64,000 nt of DNA from a virus (Duplodnaviria > Heunggongvirae > Uroviricota > Caudoviricetes), in the IMG/VR virus record IMGVR_UViG_3300033489_000001, positions 126,023-190,022 of that record; one strand, written 5' to 3'. The notes beneath the pieces were generated by a model. The model worked only from the letters and a program-made list of their open reading frames with translations. It searched no databases and had not been told where the DNA came from. The translations under genes and the position numbers were made by a program. This document shows positions 1-9,162 of this stretch, in pieces. Within the stretch, counting starts at the first letter, position 1. Each line of letters starts with the position of its first letter.

Positions 1-268
1 TGGAGTGAAAATAAAAATAAGCCGCAACGACAAGGGCAACAGCAAACCCTAAACCATATTTCAATCCCTGGAGCCTTGAGTAAGCCGCAAGGTTTCCCCC
101 ACAGCGGTTACATCTTATATTCTCATACTCTTCTATAAGTAAACTGCTTTTGCAATAAGGACAATTTGTATGAGCCATTGTTCACTTCCTTTACAACAAT
201 TCTATATTTAATGACACTACACCGGAAAAGGGTAAGTTTCAATAAGTTCGTTTATTTAAACGAACTGC

Positions 269-814
269 TCAGAGCTGTCTTAGAACTTCTTCTAGCTGTG
301 CAAGGGTAACCGGGCGATAATCCCAAGCGTCTACCCCCACATTAATCATGGGGGCACGAGAAGAAATCCTTTTGGGGCCATGTGTATGCCCGTGGATCAG
401 AACCTCGTTAGGGTCCAGCCTAACAGGATAGCGGTTTGAAGGAGGGTAGTTAGGATTTTTGTAAGGGTAATGACAAGCCCTGACCTTCCGGCCGCCGATT
501 TCTAAAAACAGTTCTCTCTTCACAACTTCTTCAAAACCTAACTTAGTCATGCGTGAAACGGATCGGTCATGGTTGCCAAGTATCAAAACCTTTCTTCCAT
601 TCAACCGACGCATAATCTCTTCGGCTTTGTCGAAGTGCATCAAAAAACAATCGCCAAGCCACAAACAGGGGTCCCGTGGGCCAACCATTTCATTGTAGTT
701 GGCGATCAAAGTCTCATTCATTTCTTCAACAGAACCGAAGGGCCTGTTTTCGTATTTGATGACGTTTGTATGCCCAAAGTGTGGGTCCGCGTAGAAGTAA
801 GAAAAACTTAGCAT
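269..814 (-). CDS. calcineurin-like metallophosphoesterase
   Basis: 181 aa; motifs DPHFGH, GDCF, LGNHD, HGHTHG typical of the metallophosphatase fold. Confidence 0.8.
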   Translation of the reverse strand: MLSFSYFYADPHFGHTNVIKYENRPFGSVEEMNETLIANYNEMVGPRDPCLWLGDCFLMHFDKAEEIMRRLNGRKVLILGNHDRSVSRMTKLGFEEVVKRELFLEIGGRKVRACHYPYKNPNYPPSNRYPVRLDPNEVLIHGHTHGPKRISSRAPMINVGVDAWDYRPVTLAQLEEVLRQL

Positions 815-818
815 TCGG

Positions 819-1061
819 CTATCTGATTTGGTAGCACTCGCCCCTAGACTGTCCTCCCTTTATCAAACACACACAACCATGCCCACAAGAACTAGCCCGA
901 ACACACGGGGCCGCAGAGCACGCCGCACAATGCCCTTTCGCGGGGACAGCCGCGTCACTGCCCAGTACAAGCATCGTGCCTATTAGAACCATTGTTACGA
1001 TAGAGAGGCTTCTCTTTCCTTTGGCTCTTTTACTTTCCACTTGACTATTCAGTCCTTTCAC
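819..1061 (-). CDS. hypothetical Cys-rich small protein
   Basis: 80 aa ORF, same strand as neighbours, several CxxC-like pairs. Confidence 0.4.
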   Translation of the reverse strand: MKGLNSQVESKRAKGKRSLSIVTMVLIGTMLVLGSDAAVPAKGHCAACSAAPCVRASSCGHGCVCLIKGGQSRGECYQIR

Positions 1062-1171
1062 CCGGCTCCTCGGTCACTTCTGCCCAGTAATCAAGCGCCG
1101 GTAGCGCCCCTTGACCAATTCCTGCCTTATTCACAGCATTGGCAATATTGGAACCTCTAACATCGGTTGTG

Positions 1172-1735
1172 TCACCATTGAGCCAATATAGGCGGTAATG
1201 TTTTAGTTTTATAGAATCCATACTTATTACTACACCGGAGAAAGGAAAAATTCAAGAATTTTTTACCTCCCACCCCTATTAACATTATTACAATGGCAGT
1301 GAAAAGTTCTAGTCCCTCGTATCCGGTGCGAACATCTCTTCGACAGAGGAATATAATTCTCTGTTTTGCCCCCTCAATGGGACGAAGAACCTCTTCCCCG
1401 TAGCCATATTCAATAACTTTGGCTATGGCATCATACACCATTCTTTCATGACTAAAAGTACGAGCATCTACCGGGTATTTTACAGGTATATCCGAAACAG
1501 CATAGAGGGGCGTTCCGTCACAGTCTCGTAAGTGCCCAACTACATAAAGCCTGCATTTACCCCTCAGGTCTACCTCAATTCTTTCTTCACACGAAGTTGA
1601 GTAAAGTTCCATTTCAACTTCTACGATAGTGCCAAGAGGGATCTTGTGCGTGCGGGCTAGATTATTCTCTCTAATGGTCTTGCCATTTTGTTCAACTAAG
1701 TCCCCAACAAAAACTACTCCAGGTATGTTTTGCAT
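1172..1735 (-). CDS. hypothetical protein
   Basis: 187 aa ORF; 3' end overlaps a conserved promoter motif. Confidence 0.5.
   Translation of the reverse strand: MQNIPGVVFVGDLVEQNGKTIRENNLARTHKIPLGTIVEVEMELYSTSCEERIEVDLRGKCRLYVVGHLRDCDGTPLYAVSDIPVKYPVDARTFSHERMVYDAIAKVIEYGYGEEVLRPIEGAKQRIIFLCRRDVRTGYEGLELFTAIVIMLIGVGGKKFLNFSFLRCSNKYGFYKTKTLPPILAQW
1222..1257 (-). promoter_or_regulatory. conserved promoter motif M1 (minus orientation)
   Basis: CATACTTATTACTACACCGGAG...ATTCAAG; reverse complement of TTGAAT-N18-AGTAAT. Confidence 0.55.
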
Positions 1736-1737
1736 AA

Positions 1738-1968
1738 CTAATTCAACGTCTCATCATAGGGTATGTCAACCGTTACTTTGCCCTCATCACATAGCGTCTG
1801 TATAATCTCTTCGCAAGTTATCAACAATTTGCCTGCTTCATTATAATGTTTAGCTCCCTTTTCTAAATGCTCAATTACAGATCTAACAAGAAGTGCAGGG
1901 TCCTCTGGCAATTGCTTGATTTGGACAGTCATAAAAATACCCACCTCTTCACTTGTGAAAACACTCAT
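1738..1968 (-). CDS. hypothetical protein
   Basis: 76 aa ORF in minus-strand operon. Confidence 0.45.
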   Translation of the reverse strand: MSVFTSEEVGIFMTVQIKQLPEDPALLVRSVIEHLEKGAKHYNEAGKLLITCEEIIQTLCDEGKVTVDIPYDETLN

Positions 1969-3397
1969 AGGCTTTCATAACACTCTCAACAGTTGCCTCA
2001 ACGGGCATACGTTCATCCGTATAACTATCTCTGCCCGCTTGGTCAGTCACGGCATCAATATACATGCCATGCGTTCCCTCAGTACGTCGGAGGAGGCGCT
2101 CATCAAAAACACCTTCAGGAACGCTCTTGGCTAAAGCCGTGTCAATGCCAACCCACCAAGCCTTCTTTACTAAGGGAGCCCAAACATCTACGTTGCTTTG
2201 AATAGGCGTCACCGGAGGCACATAACTAGACCCCCTACCGGATTCTTTATATCCAAGTAAAGTAAGCTTGATGCCTTCGTCATTACATAAATTGAGAATA
2301 GCTACGAACTCTTCGTCAGTAGCCGAACGCATTACATATTGTATACTGGCTAGCCCAAAAAATTCCGGCCGCGTTTTTTGTGATAGTTGATTAATCTCGT
2401 AGATGAAGTTCTTGACTTGCCCGACGTTATTGACAGAGTAAGCAAACCCGTGGTGATTCTTCACAATTAAATCAACGTGCTCAAAAAGCCACTTGAAATT
2501 CCGCGTGCTAAAATTGATCTTGAGGTCTACGTACCATTCTGCACTATGTTGAAGTATTCGCTCAAAATCAGGATGAAGAGTGGGCTCCCCACCGCCAATA
2601 GCAACTTCAAAAACTTGCATAAATTTAAGAGTCAACAACCATTGATCTACATTTACAGCGTGATCTCCTTGTAAACTGCTCCCCTGATAACAGAAGGCAC
2701 ATTCATATGGGCACCAGTCAGTGATTTTTAGATCAACCAACTCTGGCGAGTTGGCATAAAGTCTAGGCTTTGCATCATCTTTAAACGTCAGGGTTATCTT
2801 CTTCCCCGTGTGGGTATTAAACAGAACCCACCAATGCCCCTCTTGACGGCAAATCCATTCTTTATCGCTCACATCTTTCGGGATTTGAGAATACCAAAGA
2901 GGAGACTCAGTGCCTCCTAGATAAGCTCTCTGATAATCTTCACCTGAACCCTGATCATTTCCGCCAAGAATGACCACGTCATCCCGCAAAACGTAGTCCA
3001 ACATGTCTATGAAGAATTCCGGTGGAAATACTTTAGAGCCGTACCATCGGGGTATCAAAGGAACGGATTGGTGATCTATGTAACCTAAAGGCACATCTGC
3101 TATATGCACGTCAGCGGGTGTAACCTGAGCGATCATTGCTTCCATGGTGTGCTTATCATAATCGATCGGATCTTTTGTACCTAATATTCGTCCCGCAATC
3201 ACAGCCTTCATATAACTCAACTTGGCTGCCTTACTTGCCGCAATAAAAGGTTCCCACCCAAACTCACCCTCTTCGCATAAGTAGTCACTAGCAGGCTTCC
3301 AGCCAGGCTGGCGCATAGCGTTAGGTTGATAAACCACCACGCTATGCGTCGAACTGCTGTTGCAGGCAAACCCGTAACGTAAATTTGTTATTTTCAT
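1949..3397 (-). CDS. radical SAM domain protein
   Basis: 482 aa; CPYECAFCYQG (CxxxCxxC) cluster and GGGEPTLHP glycine-rich motif; N-terminal ~220 aa domain of unknown function. Confidence 0.8.
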   Translation of the reverse strand: MKITNLRYGFACNSSSTHSVVVYQPNAMRQPGWKPASDYLCEEGEFGWEPFIAASKAAKLSYMKAVIAGRILGTKDPIDYDKHTMEAMIAQVTPADVHIADVPLGYIDHQSVPLIPRWYGSKVFPPEFFIDMLDYVLRDDVVILGGNDQGSGEDYQRAYLGGTESPLWYSQIPKDVSDKEWICRQEGHWWVLFNTHTGKKITLTFKDDAKPRLYANSPELVDLKITDWCPYECAFCYQGSSLQGDHAVNVDQWLLTLKFMQVFEVAIGGGEPTLHPDFERILQHSAEWYVDLKINFSTRNFKWLFEHVDLIVKNHHGFAYSVNNVGQVKNFIYEINQLSQKTRPEFFGLASIQYVMRSATDEEFVAILNLCNDEGIKLTLLGYKESGRGSSYVPPVTPIQSNVDVWAPLVKKAWWVGIDTALAKSVPEGVFDERLLRRTEGTHGMYIDAVTDQAGRDSYTDERMPVEATVESVMKAYECFHK

Positions 3398-3417
3398 GTC
3401 TTGGAACTCATTTGATC

Positions 3418-3693
3418 TTACTTAACACCCTCCTCAAGAATTGACCGTGAAAGATCGAACATTGCCGAAGACGCCATCAATTGAGTTGCAAACGAAACGA
3501 GCATTTGGAACTGCTCCATCGGAATCTTTTCACGTTTCTTGTGTGCTTGTGCTATTACAGTAAGATGATCCCCCAGCGCCTTAATCAAATTCCCTCGATG
3601 AATTTCGGCCAAATTTGCCCGTGTGCCAAGAAGAGTAACCGTCTTGTCCGCTGTTGACTGTTTTCCCTCTGAACGTTTTTCTTTTGAAGCCAT
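3418..3693 (-). CDS. hypothetical protein
   Basis: 91 aa ORF. Confidence 0.45.
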   Translation of the reverse strand: MASKEKRSEGKQSTADKTVTLLGTRANLAEIHRGNLIKALGDHLTVIAQAHKKREKIPMEQFQMLVSFATQLMASSAMFDLSRSILEEGVK

Positions 3694-3814
3694 TTTGAGC
3701 CTCCCAATGAAATCTTATCCCCTCCTTATTACATCGAGGGGAGTTAAAATCCAAGGGCTCCTTTTGCCCTACAAATTCGGCTAGTTCTAATGGAGGTTCT
3801 AAAGAGATCCCGCT

Positions 3815-4195
3815 CTATTTGTCATGAACGCAGTAGTAAGGCATCCCTCCCGGCAACACTGACCACATAGCACGAGGAGCAAGACATTCTACTTTTCCGA
3901 TCCCCATCCCAAGAAGAAACAATTCTTCTATACGTTTATGGAAACCCGTCCACTGGTTACCTTGCTTGTCCGTGTCAGCTTGAAGAAAAGACCATCCGCC
4001 CCCGATAGACGCCTTGAACGGATCGGGAAGTTCACCAAGCATACTTTCGATTTCAGCCCGGTGCCCTTGCAACCGTTCCGGATGAAACCAAACGTTAGTA
4101 GTGATCCCCTCAATTTTGATAGGATCAGGAATCTCTTCCTTGTTTTTGCAAAGGCTGTCTTTGAAAATGTCTTCTAATTGGTTTGGATCTATCAT
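3815..4195 (-). CDS. hypothetical protein
   Basis: 126 aa ORF. Confidence 0.5.
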   Translation of the reverse strand: MIDPNQLEDIFKDSLCKNKEEIPDPIKIEGITTNVWFHPERLQGHRAEIESMLGELPDPFKASIGGGWSFLQADTDKQGNQWTGFHKRIEELFLLGMGIGKVECLAPRAMWSVLPGGMPYYCVHDK

Positions 4196-4260
4196 TCACA
4201 TTTACCTTTCATATCATCTTCATCTATTACTTCTTGAATCAACTGGGTTAATATCCCGTA

Positions 4261-4617
4261 CTAAAGATTGAAAGTTTTCAACATGCCTTGATGAAAGTCA
4301 GACTTGTGCATTTCATCAAGCATTGCAGCCTTTCGCTTCAAAGCTGTATCTATTGCGTCCCGCAAACCAATTCGTAGGTTAAGATCTAAAAAACAGCTCT
4401 CGTTATTAATCTCGGTTTTCGACTCCAAAAGAAAAGGCCAAGACAGAAGGTCAAAAGGCGTAAAGCCAGCTTCTTCCGCAGCTTTGATTATCGGTTTGAT
4501 TGCTGAAAAGTATTGCTCTGCTGTCATGTTCTTCTTTCGCCTTTCTACCCATCCCTCAATTAGCAAACGCACACTTAGCAACCCGAAAGATGACGTACAG
4601 TATGAGAAAGAGCACAC
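4261..4617 (-). CDS. hypothetical protein
   Basis: 118 aa ORF, strand-consistent; antisense ORF 4304-4639 rejected. Confidence 0.45.
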   Translation of the reverse strand: MCSFSYCTSSFGLLSVRLLIEGWVERRKKNMTAEQYFSAIKPIIKAAEEAGFTPFDLLSWPFLLESKTEINNESCFLDLNLRIGLRDAIDTALKRKAAMLDEMHKSDFHQGMLKTFNL

Positions 4618-4942
4618 CGAGCTGAGTGACCTTCCCTAATGTGTACCCCACCATCGCCCCAGACTTGGCCGCTTTTAGATTTCTTCTGATCATACCTTAC
4701 CTATCCTTTATTAATCCCTTTAGAGTAAGCCCCGGTTATTTCTCATGCCTCTACATCCAACCTAATACGTTCGCCGGTCCTAGTGTTGATCAACGTAAGG
4801 TAAAGGCAAAGGTCTAGCTCGCTGTTTACTCCTACCAATAAGAGGTCCTTACCCAAATCCGTAGTTGTGTAACACGAAGGTTGTTTTAGAGCAAACGTTC
4901 TACAATTGGCGGGATACGGCGGAAGAGGTACTTGTTTAATTT

Positions 4943-5389
4943 TCATACTTTTTTAGCGCTACGTTTCGGATTTTTTTCGCTCAGTAGAGTGTAGCCATAA
5001 GCATGGTAGGCGTACCCACTCATTCCGTTTACCCCAACAAGAATGTGCTCCAGTTTTACAGGCTCCCCGTGGAAAGCCGTTAGGTACTCTTGAAACCACC
5101 GGGCCGTCTTTCGCTTGGCCCCACTCCTATCGGCCGCCTCAGTAGCCTCAGTAGATATAATCCGGTCAGAATGATTGTAGAAAAGCCCCGCACGCTCCGA
5201 TCCAAAAACCGTCAACTTCTTGCCATGCTTGAACCGCTCATCCAAATAATGCGGGTCCAAATCGGGAAGCTCCTCGTCTAAATCCGTTTCGGTAATGGCA
5301 GGTTCTCGCTCTTGAAGATAGTAACCGCTACTCCAAGGATCTATCCCCATTGTGGTAGAAGTTGCTCTGCTCTTTTTCACTTTGTTCAT
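4943..5389 (-). CDS. hypothetical protein
   Basis: 148 aa ORF, 4-nt overlap with next gene. Confidence 0.5.
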   Translation of the reverse strand: MNKVKKSRATSTTMGIDPWSSGYYLQEREPAITETDLDEELPDLDPHYLDERFKHGKKLTVFGSERAGLFYNHSDRIISTEATEAADRSGAKRKTARWFQEYLTAFHGEPVKLEHILVGVNGMSGYAYHAYGYTLLSEKNPKRSAKKV

Positions 5390-5625
5390 TTTATTGCCTT
5401 CAGAAGCTTCTCCACGGGGAAATCTTTTATGTCCCCTGTCTCAATACAATACCTCTGTAAGGCTCCGGCTAAAGCCCATCCCTTGTCTGTAAGCCAAAAC
5501 ATGGGCCTTACGCTCGTTATCCAAGTAATCAGCCCAACTGCGACCTCAGTGTAAAGAAGAGCCGTAAGATGTGGCTCATCCCATAGCTCCGGGAGTATCA
5601 ACTCCCTTATTTCAGCATCAGTCAT
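5386..5625 (-). CDS. hypothetical protein
   Basis: 79 aa ORF downstream of promoter motif at 5725 and a 22-codon uORF. Confidence 0.5.
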   Translation of the reverse strand: MTDAEIRELILPELWDEPHLTALLYTEVAVGLITWITSVRPMFWLTDKGWALAGALQRYCIETGDIKDFPVEKLLKAIK

Positions 5626-5724
5626 AAAATTCCTTTCCCTTATACCTCACACGACTTATTTTGCTACCTCTAGCTTCCCCTTGAGCGCTCTGAGCCTGGC
5701 TCCGGTCCACAATTCAGTACCCAT

Positions 5725-5760
5725 ACTTATTACTACACCGAATAAAGAGGGATTTCAAGT
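5725..5760 (-). promoter_or_regulatory. M1 promoter motif
   Basis: TTATTACTACACCGAATAAAGAGGGATTTCAAG; followed by a 22-codon uORF. Confidence 0.5.
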
Positions 5761-5871
5761 TTTTTGTTCAAAGACGTCATAAATTAAAAAGCAGCAAAAT
5801 TAAAAGTGCTTCTGGCTTTTTTGGTGTAGAAGTTATTTCCCCTGTTATTTAGCTCTAACTGGAGATCAATC

Positions 5872-6897
5872 GTGTCAAACCAAGAATTGCTTACTCAATA
5901 CCAAGAGTTAACCGCCAAAATAAAGAAGCTCGAAGCCGCCGTGGAGCAGGTCAAGAAGATGCGTTCCGAAATAGCCAAAGCTCTTCTTGACGCAAATGGC
6001 AAAGATTATCTCTATGACCTTGGGGATGGAGCAAAATTATTCATTTCAGGGACCAAGAGCGGTACTTATTTCCTAGCCCCCAAAAAGTCCAAGGGGCAGA
6101 AGGATAAAACCGAAGGAGAGCCCACAGAAGCCGGGGAAGAGCCCACAGAAGTTAAAACCGAGCCTACAGCGGCCCCCGTCTCCGGTGGAGAAGCCAAGAA
6201 GCGGGGCCGGGGCAGACCGCCCCTCAAGCTCAAGAAAGTACTCATAGACGGTAAGATCGTTGAGATTCCGGTCACGGGCTCTGCCAAAGCCGCCCCTGGT
6301 CCAACAGAGAACTTGCCCCTCCATAAGCGTAACACGGAGCATCTTGAACGGAAAGCGGCCGGAACTCCGGCTGAGACCCCAAAAGAGACACCCCTATCTG
6401 CGAATCCCAAAGGACAAACGCCTGAAGCTAAAAAAGGGAACATTATCGAGGTTACAGCCACACTAAGACCGGCCTCTTCCGTTTCAATCCCCGAACCGGA
6501 ACCAAATGAAAAGACCCCCGACGTTCAAACCGAGCTAAGGCCCACGTCACACCCGGTTCTAAACGGTGATACGGCTTCTCTAGATATTCCTCCACAATCC
6601 CAGGCTTCCGCCCCAACAGAGAAGCCCTCGGTAGAAGCTGACTCAACCGGCAATATGGCTCCAATAACGCTTGATTCCTTTCCCCCAGTTGTCCACGTTG
6701 ATTCCCATACCATAGTTGCTTCCGCCGATACGGGAGATGTTACCATTGAGGAGGAGGATATCCTGGACTCTTCCAAAAGTGACTCTGAAGACCCTACGGA
6801 ACCCTCGGAAGACATTTCCAACGTGGCCCCCAATGAGCTACCCCAAGAGGAAGAAGACCCCCTAGCGGCGGCCCTAGCGAGTTTAGAAGTAGAATGA
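5872..6897 (+). CDS. acidic P/T/E-rich low-complexity protein with N-terminal coiled coil and AT-hook-like KKRGRGRPP
   Basis: 341 aa ORF with apparent GTG start after GGAGAT; extreme compositional bias. Confidence 0.5.
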   Translation: MSNQELLTQYQELTAKIKKLEAAVEQVKKMRSEIAKALLDANGKDYLYDLGDGAKLFISGTKSGTYFLAPKKSKGQKDKTEGEPTEAGEEPTEVKTEPTAAPVSGGEAKKRGRGRPPLKLKKVLIDGKIVEIPVTGSAKAAPGPTENLPLHKRNTEHLERKAAGTPAETPKETPLSANPKGQTPEAKKGNIIEVTATLRPASSVSIPEPEPNEKTPDVQTELRPTSHPVLNGDTASLDIPPQSQASAPTEKPSVEADSTGNMAPITLDSFPPVVHVDSHTIVASADTGDVTIEEEDILDSSKSDSEDPTEPSEDISNVAPNELPQEEEDPLAAALASLEVE

Positions 6898-6969
6898 CCC
6901 CTAAACTCGCATGTGCGCTTGACGCTGGAGCGGAACAGAGTTTTCTTGGTGGGGCTCGGCTACTAAGAT

Positions 6970-7203
6970 TTAGACCTGCTTAAGCGTCTTTTGAACCTGC
7001 TGAATTGAATCTTGAGCCCGCCTGACATAAACCATCGCCACTTTTGCCCATGTGTTAGCTTTCTGAGCATTTTCTTTAGCAGCCGCAAGCAACAGAATTA
7101 TTTTTTGCACTTCGGACATAGCGTTATACTTACCTTTCAATGAGCCTTTTTTTCTTACTCCGGCACTCTTTGCACTGGGGTTGATTTCGAAAAATATGGT
7201 CAC
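6970..7203 (-). CDS. hypothetical protein
   Basis: 77 aa ORF. Confidence 0.35.
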   Translation of the reverse strand: MTIFFEINPSAKSAGVRKKGSLKGKYNAMSEVQKIILLLAAAKENAQKANTWAKVAMVYVRRAQDSIQQVQKTLKQV

Positions 7204-7366
7204 CGGGTTTCATCCGGCGGAAACCGAACTCGGAAGCAGGTTTAATTTCTTCACACGAGGTGCAAATGGCCCCCATCCCGGTAAGCACTACAGTGAAGCC
7301 GTCGTAAGAAAACTCCACTCGGTTACGCTTCGGCGGTAGTATCTTTCTTACTTTGGGTCTTGACAT
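7130..7366 (-). CDS. Zn-ribbon small protein
   Basis: 78 aa, CxxC...CxxC. Confidence 0.4.
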   Translation of the reverse strand: MSRPKVRKILPPKRNRVEFSYDGFTVVLTGMGAICTSCEEIKPASEFGFRRMKPGDHIFRNQPQCKECRSKKKRLIER

Positions 7367-7436
7367 TTGTCTCCCTCTTCCATCCTTCGTATGTAGGCGT
7401 TATATTCACAATACTGAGCTTCGTGTGGAGGCATTT

Positions 7437-7658
7437 TTAACTCACCATTAGGCTCAAAACCACTTTCAGGAAGCGTGTCGGGTTTCTCTCATGCCACCAC
7501 TTCGTAATGTCTTCCCCACCATCATGTTTCAAAATGCGAACAGAGCTAACTTCAAAGTAGGTGGCTATAATTCGATTGACATTTGGCGGAACCGACGCGC
7601 GTCCGATGATTTGATTTGTTTCCCCTAGGCATATAAGGAATTCACGTTTTTTATTCAT
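7437..7658 (-). CDS. hypothetical protein
   Basis: 73 aa ORF. Confidence 0.4.
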   Translation of the reverse strand: MNKKREFLICLGETNQIIGRASVPPNVNRIIATYFEVSSVRILKHDGGEDITKWWHERNPTRFLKVVLSLMVS

Positions 7659-7691
7659 AAGACCCTTAGTACCTATCCCTGGGTCAGACGA

Positions 7692-8063
7692 TTAAGCTTT
7701 CCAACCCTTCGGCGGCGTCCAACCGGCCTCTAAAGCTTTCTTAGCCCATTCCGGAATCGGCTTTTTTTGCTTGATAGATTCTTTGATTGCTTTGAGCATC
7801 TTGGAAGCCGCCGTCCTGGAATCCCAATAAAATCCGAACGTGTCTATTTCAACACCCGCATCTTTGCACATCTTCTCCGCTATCCAACTCTCAAAAGTAT
7901 CTTCCGAGTCTTCCGGCGGAGTATCCGAGATGTTAGCTAACCCACTTTCACCTATGACCATCCCCAGGTCGCCCCAATCACCATCCTCTTCAGCAAGCTG
8001 CCACTGAATCCGGTATCCGTCTCCGCGTGCATTATCAACTACGATTAGTTTATCTTGTGCCAT
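7692..8063 (-). CDS. hypothetical acidic protein
   Basis: 123 aa; ATG immediately follows conserved promoter motif. Confidence 0.65.
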   Translation of the reverse strand: MAQDKLIVVDNARGDGYRIQWQLAEEDGDWGDLGMVIGESGLANISDTPPEDSEDTFESWIAEKMCKDAGVEIDTFGFYWDSRTAASKMLKAIKESIKQKKPIPEWAKKALEAGWTPPKGWKA

Positions 8064-8098
8064 ATCTATTACTACACCGGAGGGAGGAAAAATTCAAG
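8064..8098 (-). promoter_or_regulatory. M1 promoter motif
   Basis: CATATCTATTACTACACCGGAGGGAGGAAAAATTCAAG abutting ATG of 7692-8063. Confidence 0.7.
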
Positions 8099-8106
8099 TT
8101 TTTAAG

Positions 8107-8505
8107 TTAGACCCTGGAGGCATCAACCCAAATTCGGTGATCTTCATCGCCGTAAGTATAAAGCAGATCCAAGACCTCATCATACTCATCGGCGGTCGCG
8201 TCTTCCTTCTCAGCAAGGCACTTTAACTCATCAATGAGTGTGTCCAGCTCCGGGTCCGTAACGTAGGGGTTTTTAGTCAGCCGCCTGGCTACGATCTTCG
8301 CTACATCTTGGACGGTCATGGTTTTTTCCCGCAGCGCCGCGTGTAGATCTCCAACTTTTAGTACGGTTTTCCAGTTAGGCATTTGTTTTGAACTCCCTTC
8401 TTGACTTTCACTAGTGCGAGACCAGTTAGGTATTAGACACCCCTTGCTTAACGCGGGGATCCATCCCGCCAAATTCACAAGCCTCCCATGTCCGGCAAAA
8501 TCCAC
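8107..8505 (-). CDS. hypothetical protein (probable true start at internal Met near 8382)
   Basis: 132 aa ORF overlapping 8426-8614 in another frame. Confidence 0.4.
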   Translation of the reverse strand: MDFAGHGRLVNLAGWIPALSKGCLIPNWSRTSESQEGSSKQMPNWKTVLKVGDLHAALREKTMTVQDVAKIVARRLTKNPYVTDPELDTLIDELKCLAEKEDATADEYDEVLDLLYTYGDEDHRIWVDASRV

Positions 8506-8614
8506 ACAAATTCTTCTTGGCTAAACAAACACTGGGAAATTTCATCCCGATTGGAGTATCAGGCGAGTAGCAGGGATGCTTTGGTATGCGTTTTTGTTCT
8601 TTCTTGTTTCCCAT
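8426..8614 (-). CDS. hypothetical Cys-rich small protein
   Basis: 62 aa, ATG abuts promoter motif. Confidence 0.45.
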   Translation of the reverse strand: MGNKKEQKRIPKHPCYSPDTPIGMKFPSVCLAKKNLCGFCRTWEACEFGGMDPRVKQGVSNT

Positions 8615-8648
8615 ATCTATTACTACACCGGAGCGAGGAATAATTCAA
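8615..8648 (-). promoter_or_regulatory. M1 promoter motif
   Basis: Same consensus abutting ATG 8614. Confidence 0.65.
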
Positions 8649-8655
8649 GTTTTTA

Positions 8656-8874
8656 TTATGGGTCGGCGGCGGCCGGGGCGTAGTTATCGAAAGTCAGGAA
8701 GTTGTACGTCACAATTCCCAGTAAGGTTGCGTTTGGGTTTTGCTCTTTGAAGAGCTGGAGCACCCCGTCCTTTTGCGTGCCATGGGTATAAGCGTAATCG
8801 CCGTTCGGGTATGTACCGTAAGCAAGGTACATGAACCTTGGAATCTTCTTGAGATTGTCAATGAAATCGGTCAT
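8656..8874 (-). CDS. hypothetical protein
   Basis: 72 aa. Confidence 0.5.
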   Translation of the reverse strand: MTDFIDNLKKIPRFMYLAYGTYPNGDYAYTHGTQKDGVLQLFKEQNPNATLLGIVTYNFLTFDNYAPAAADP

Positions 8875-9081
8875 TTAGCACGCAACCATTAAGGCGAGTT
8901 GTTCCTCTTCTACTTGAGCTTGCGCCCGGCCTAAGTGAGCAACGATACGATTCCGATCTCTTTCCTCCATCACTGCAAGCTCATCGGGGCTTACATAGTC
9001 CGTCCGATGAATTACGGCTTGGCAATAATGCGAACGGTAACTAACTGTTCCGTCACTGTGTAGTATTGGTAAGTTCCTCAT
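8875..9081 (-). CDS. hypothetical protein
   Basis: 68 aa; GGGGAGG Shine-Dalgarno-like leader downstream of promoter motif. Confidence 0.55.
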   Translation of the reverse strand: MRNLPILHSDGTVSYRSHYCQAVIHRTDYVSPDELAVMEERDRNRIVAHLGRAQAQVEEEQLALMVAC

Positions 9082-9110
9082 ATTGACCTCCCCTTTGTTT
9101 TTCCTTCTAA

Positions 9111-9143
9111 CTATTACTACACCGGAGGAAGGATTAATTCAAG
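9111..9143 (-). promoter_or_regulatory. M1 promoter motif
   Basis: Consensus ~28 nt upstream of ATG 9081 with Shine-Dalgarno leader. Confidence 0.6.
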
Positions 9144-9162
9144 AATTTTCTACAACAAAATG

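Noticed and set aside
569-811. Plus-strand ORF antisense to the metallophosphoesterase gene
   Set aside because: It is fully nested antisense within a well-supported CDS. Similar antisense ORFs (4304-4639, 6066-6461, 6073-6342, 6525-6833, 9308-9598, 11154-11402, 12238-12486, 18614-18853, 39037-39219, 44290-44502, 47554-47754, 60021-60293, 61923-62150) were rejected for the same reason.
1172-1735. dUTPase or dCTP-deaminase-like assignment
   Set aside because: A GYEG segment loosely resembles the dcd/dut motif III, but the other motifs were not found. Left as hypothetical.
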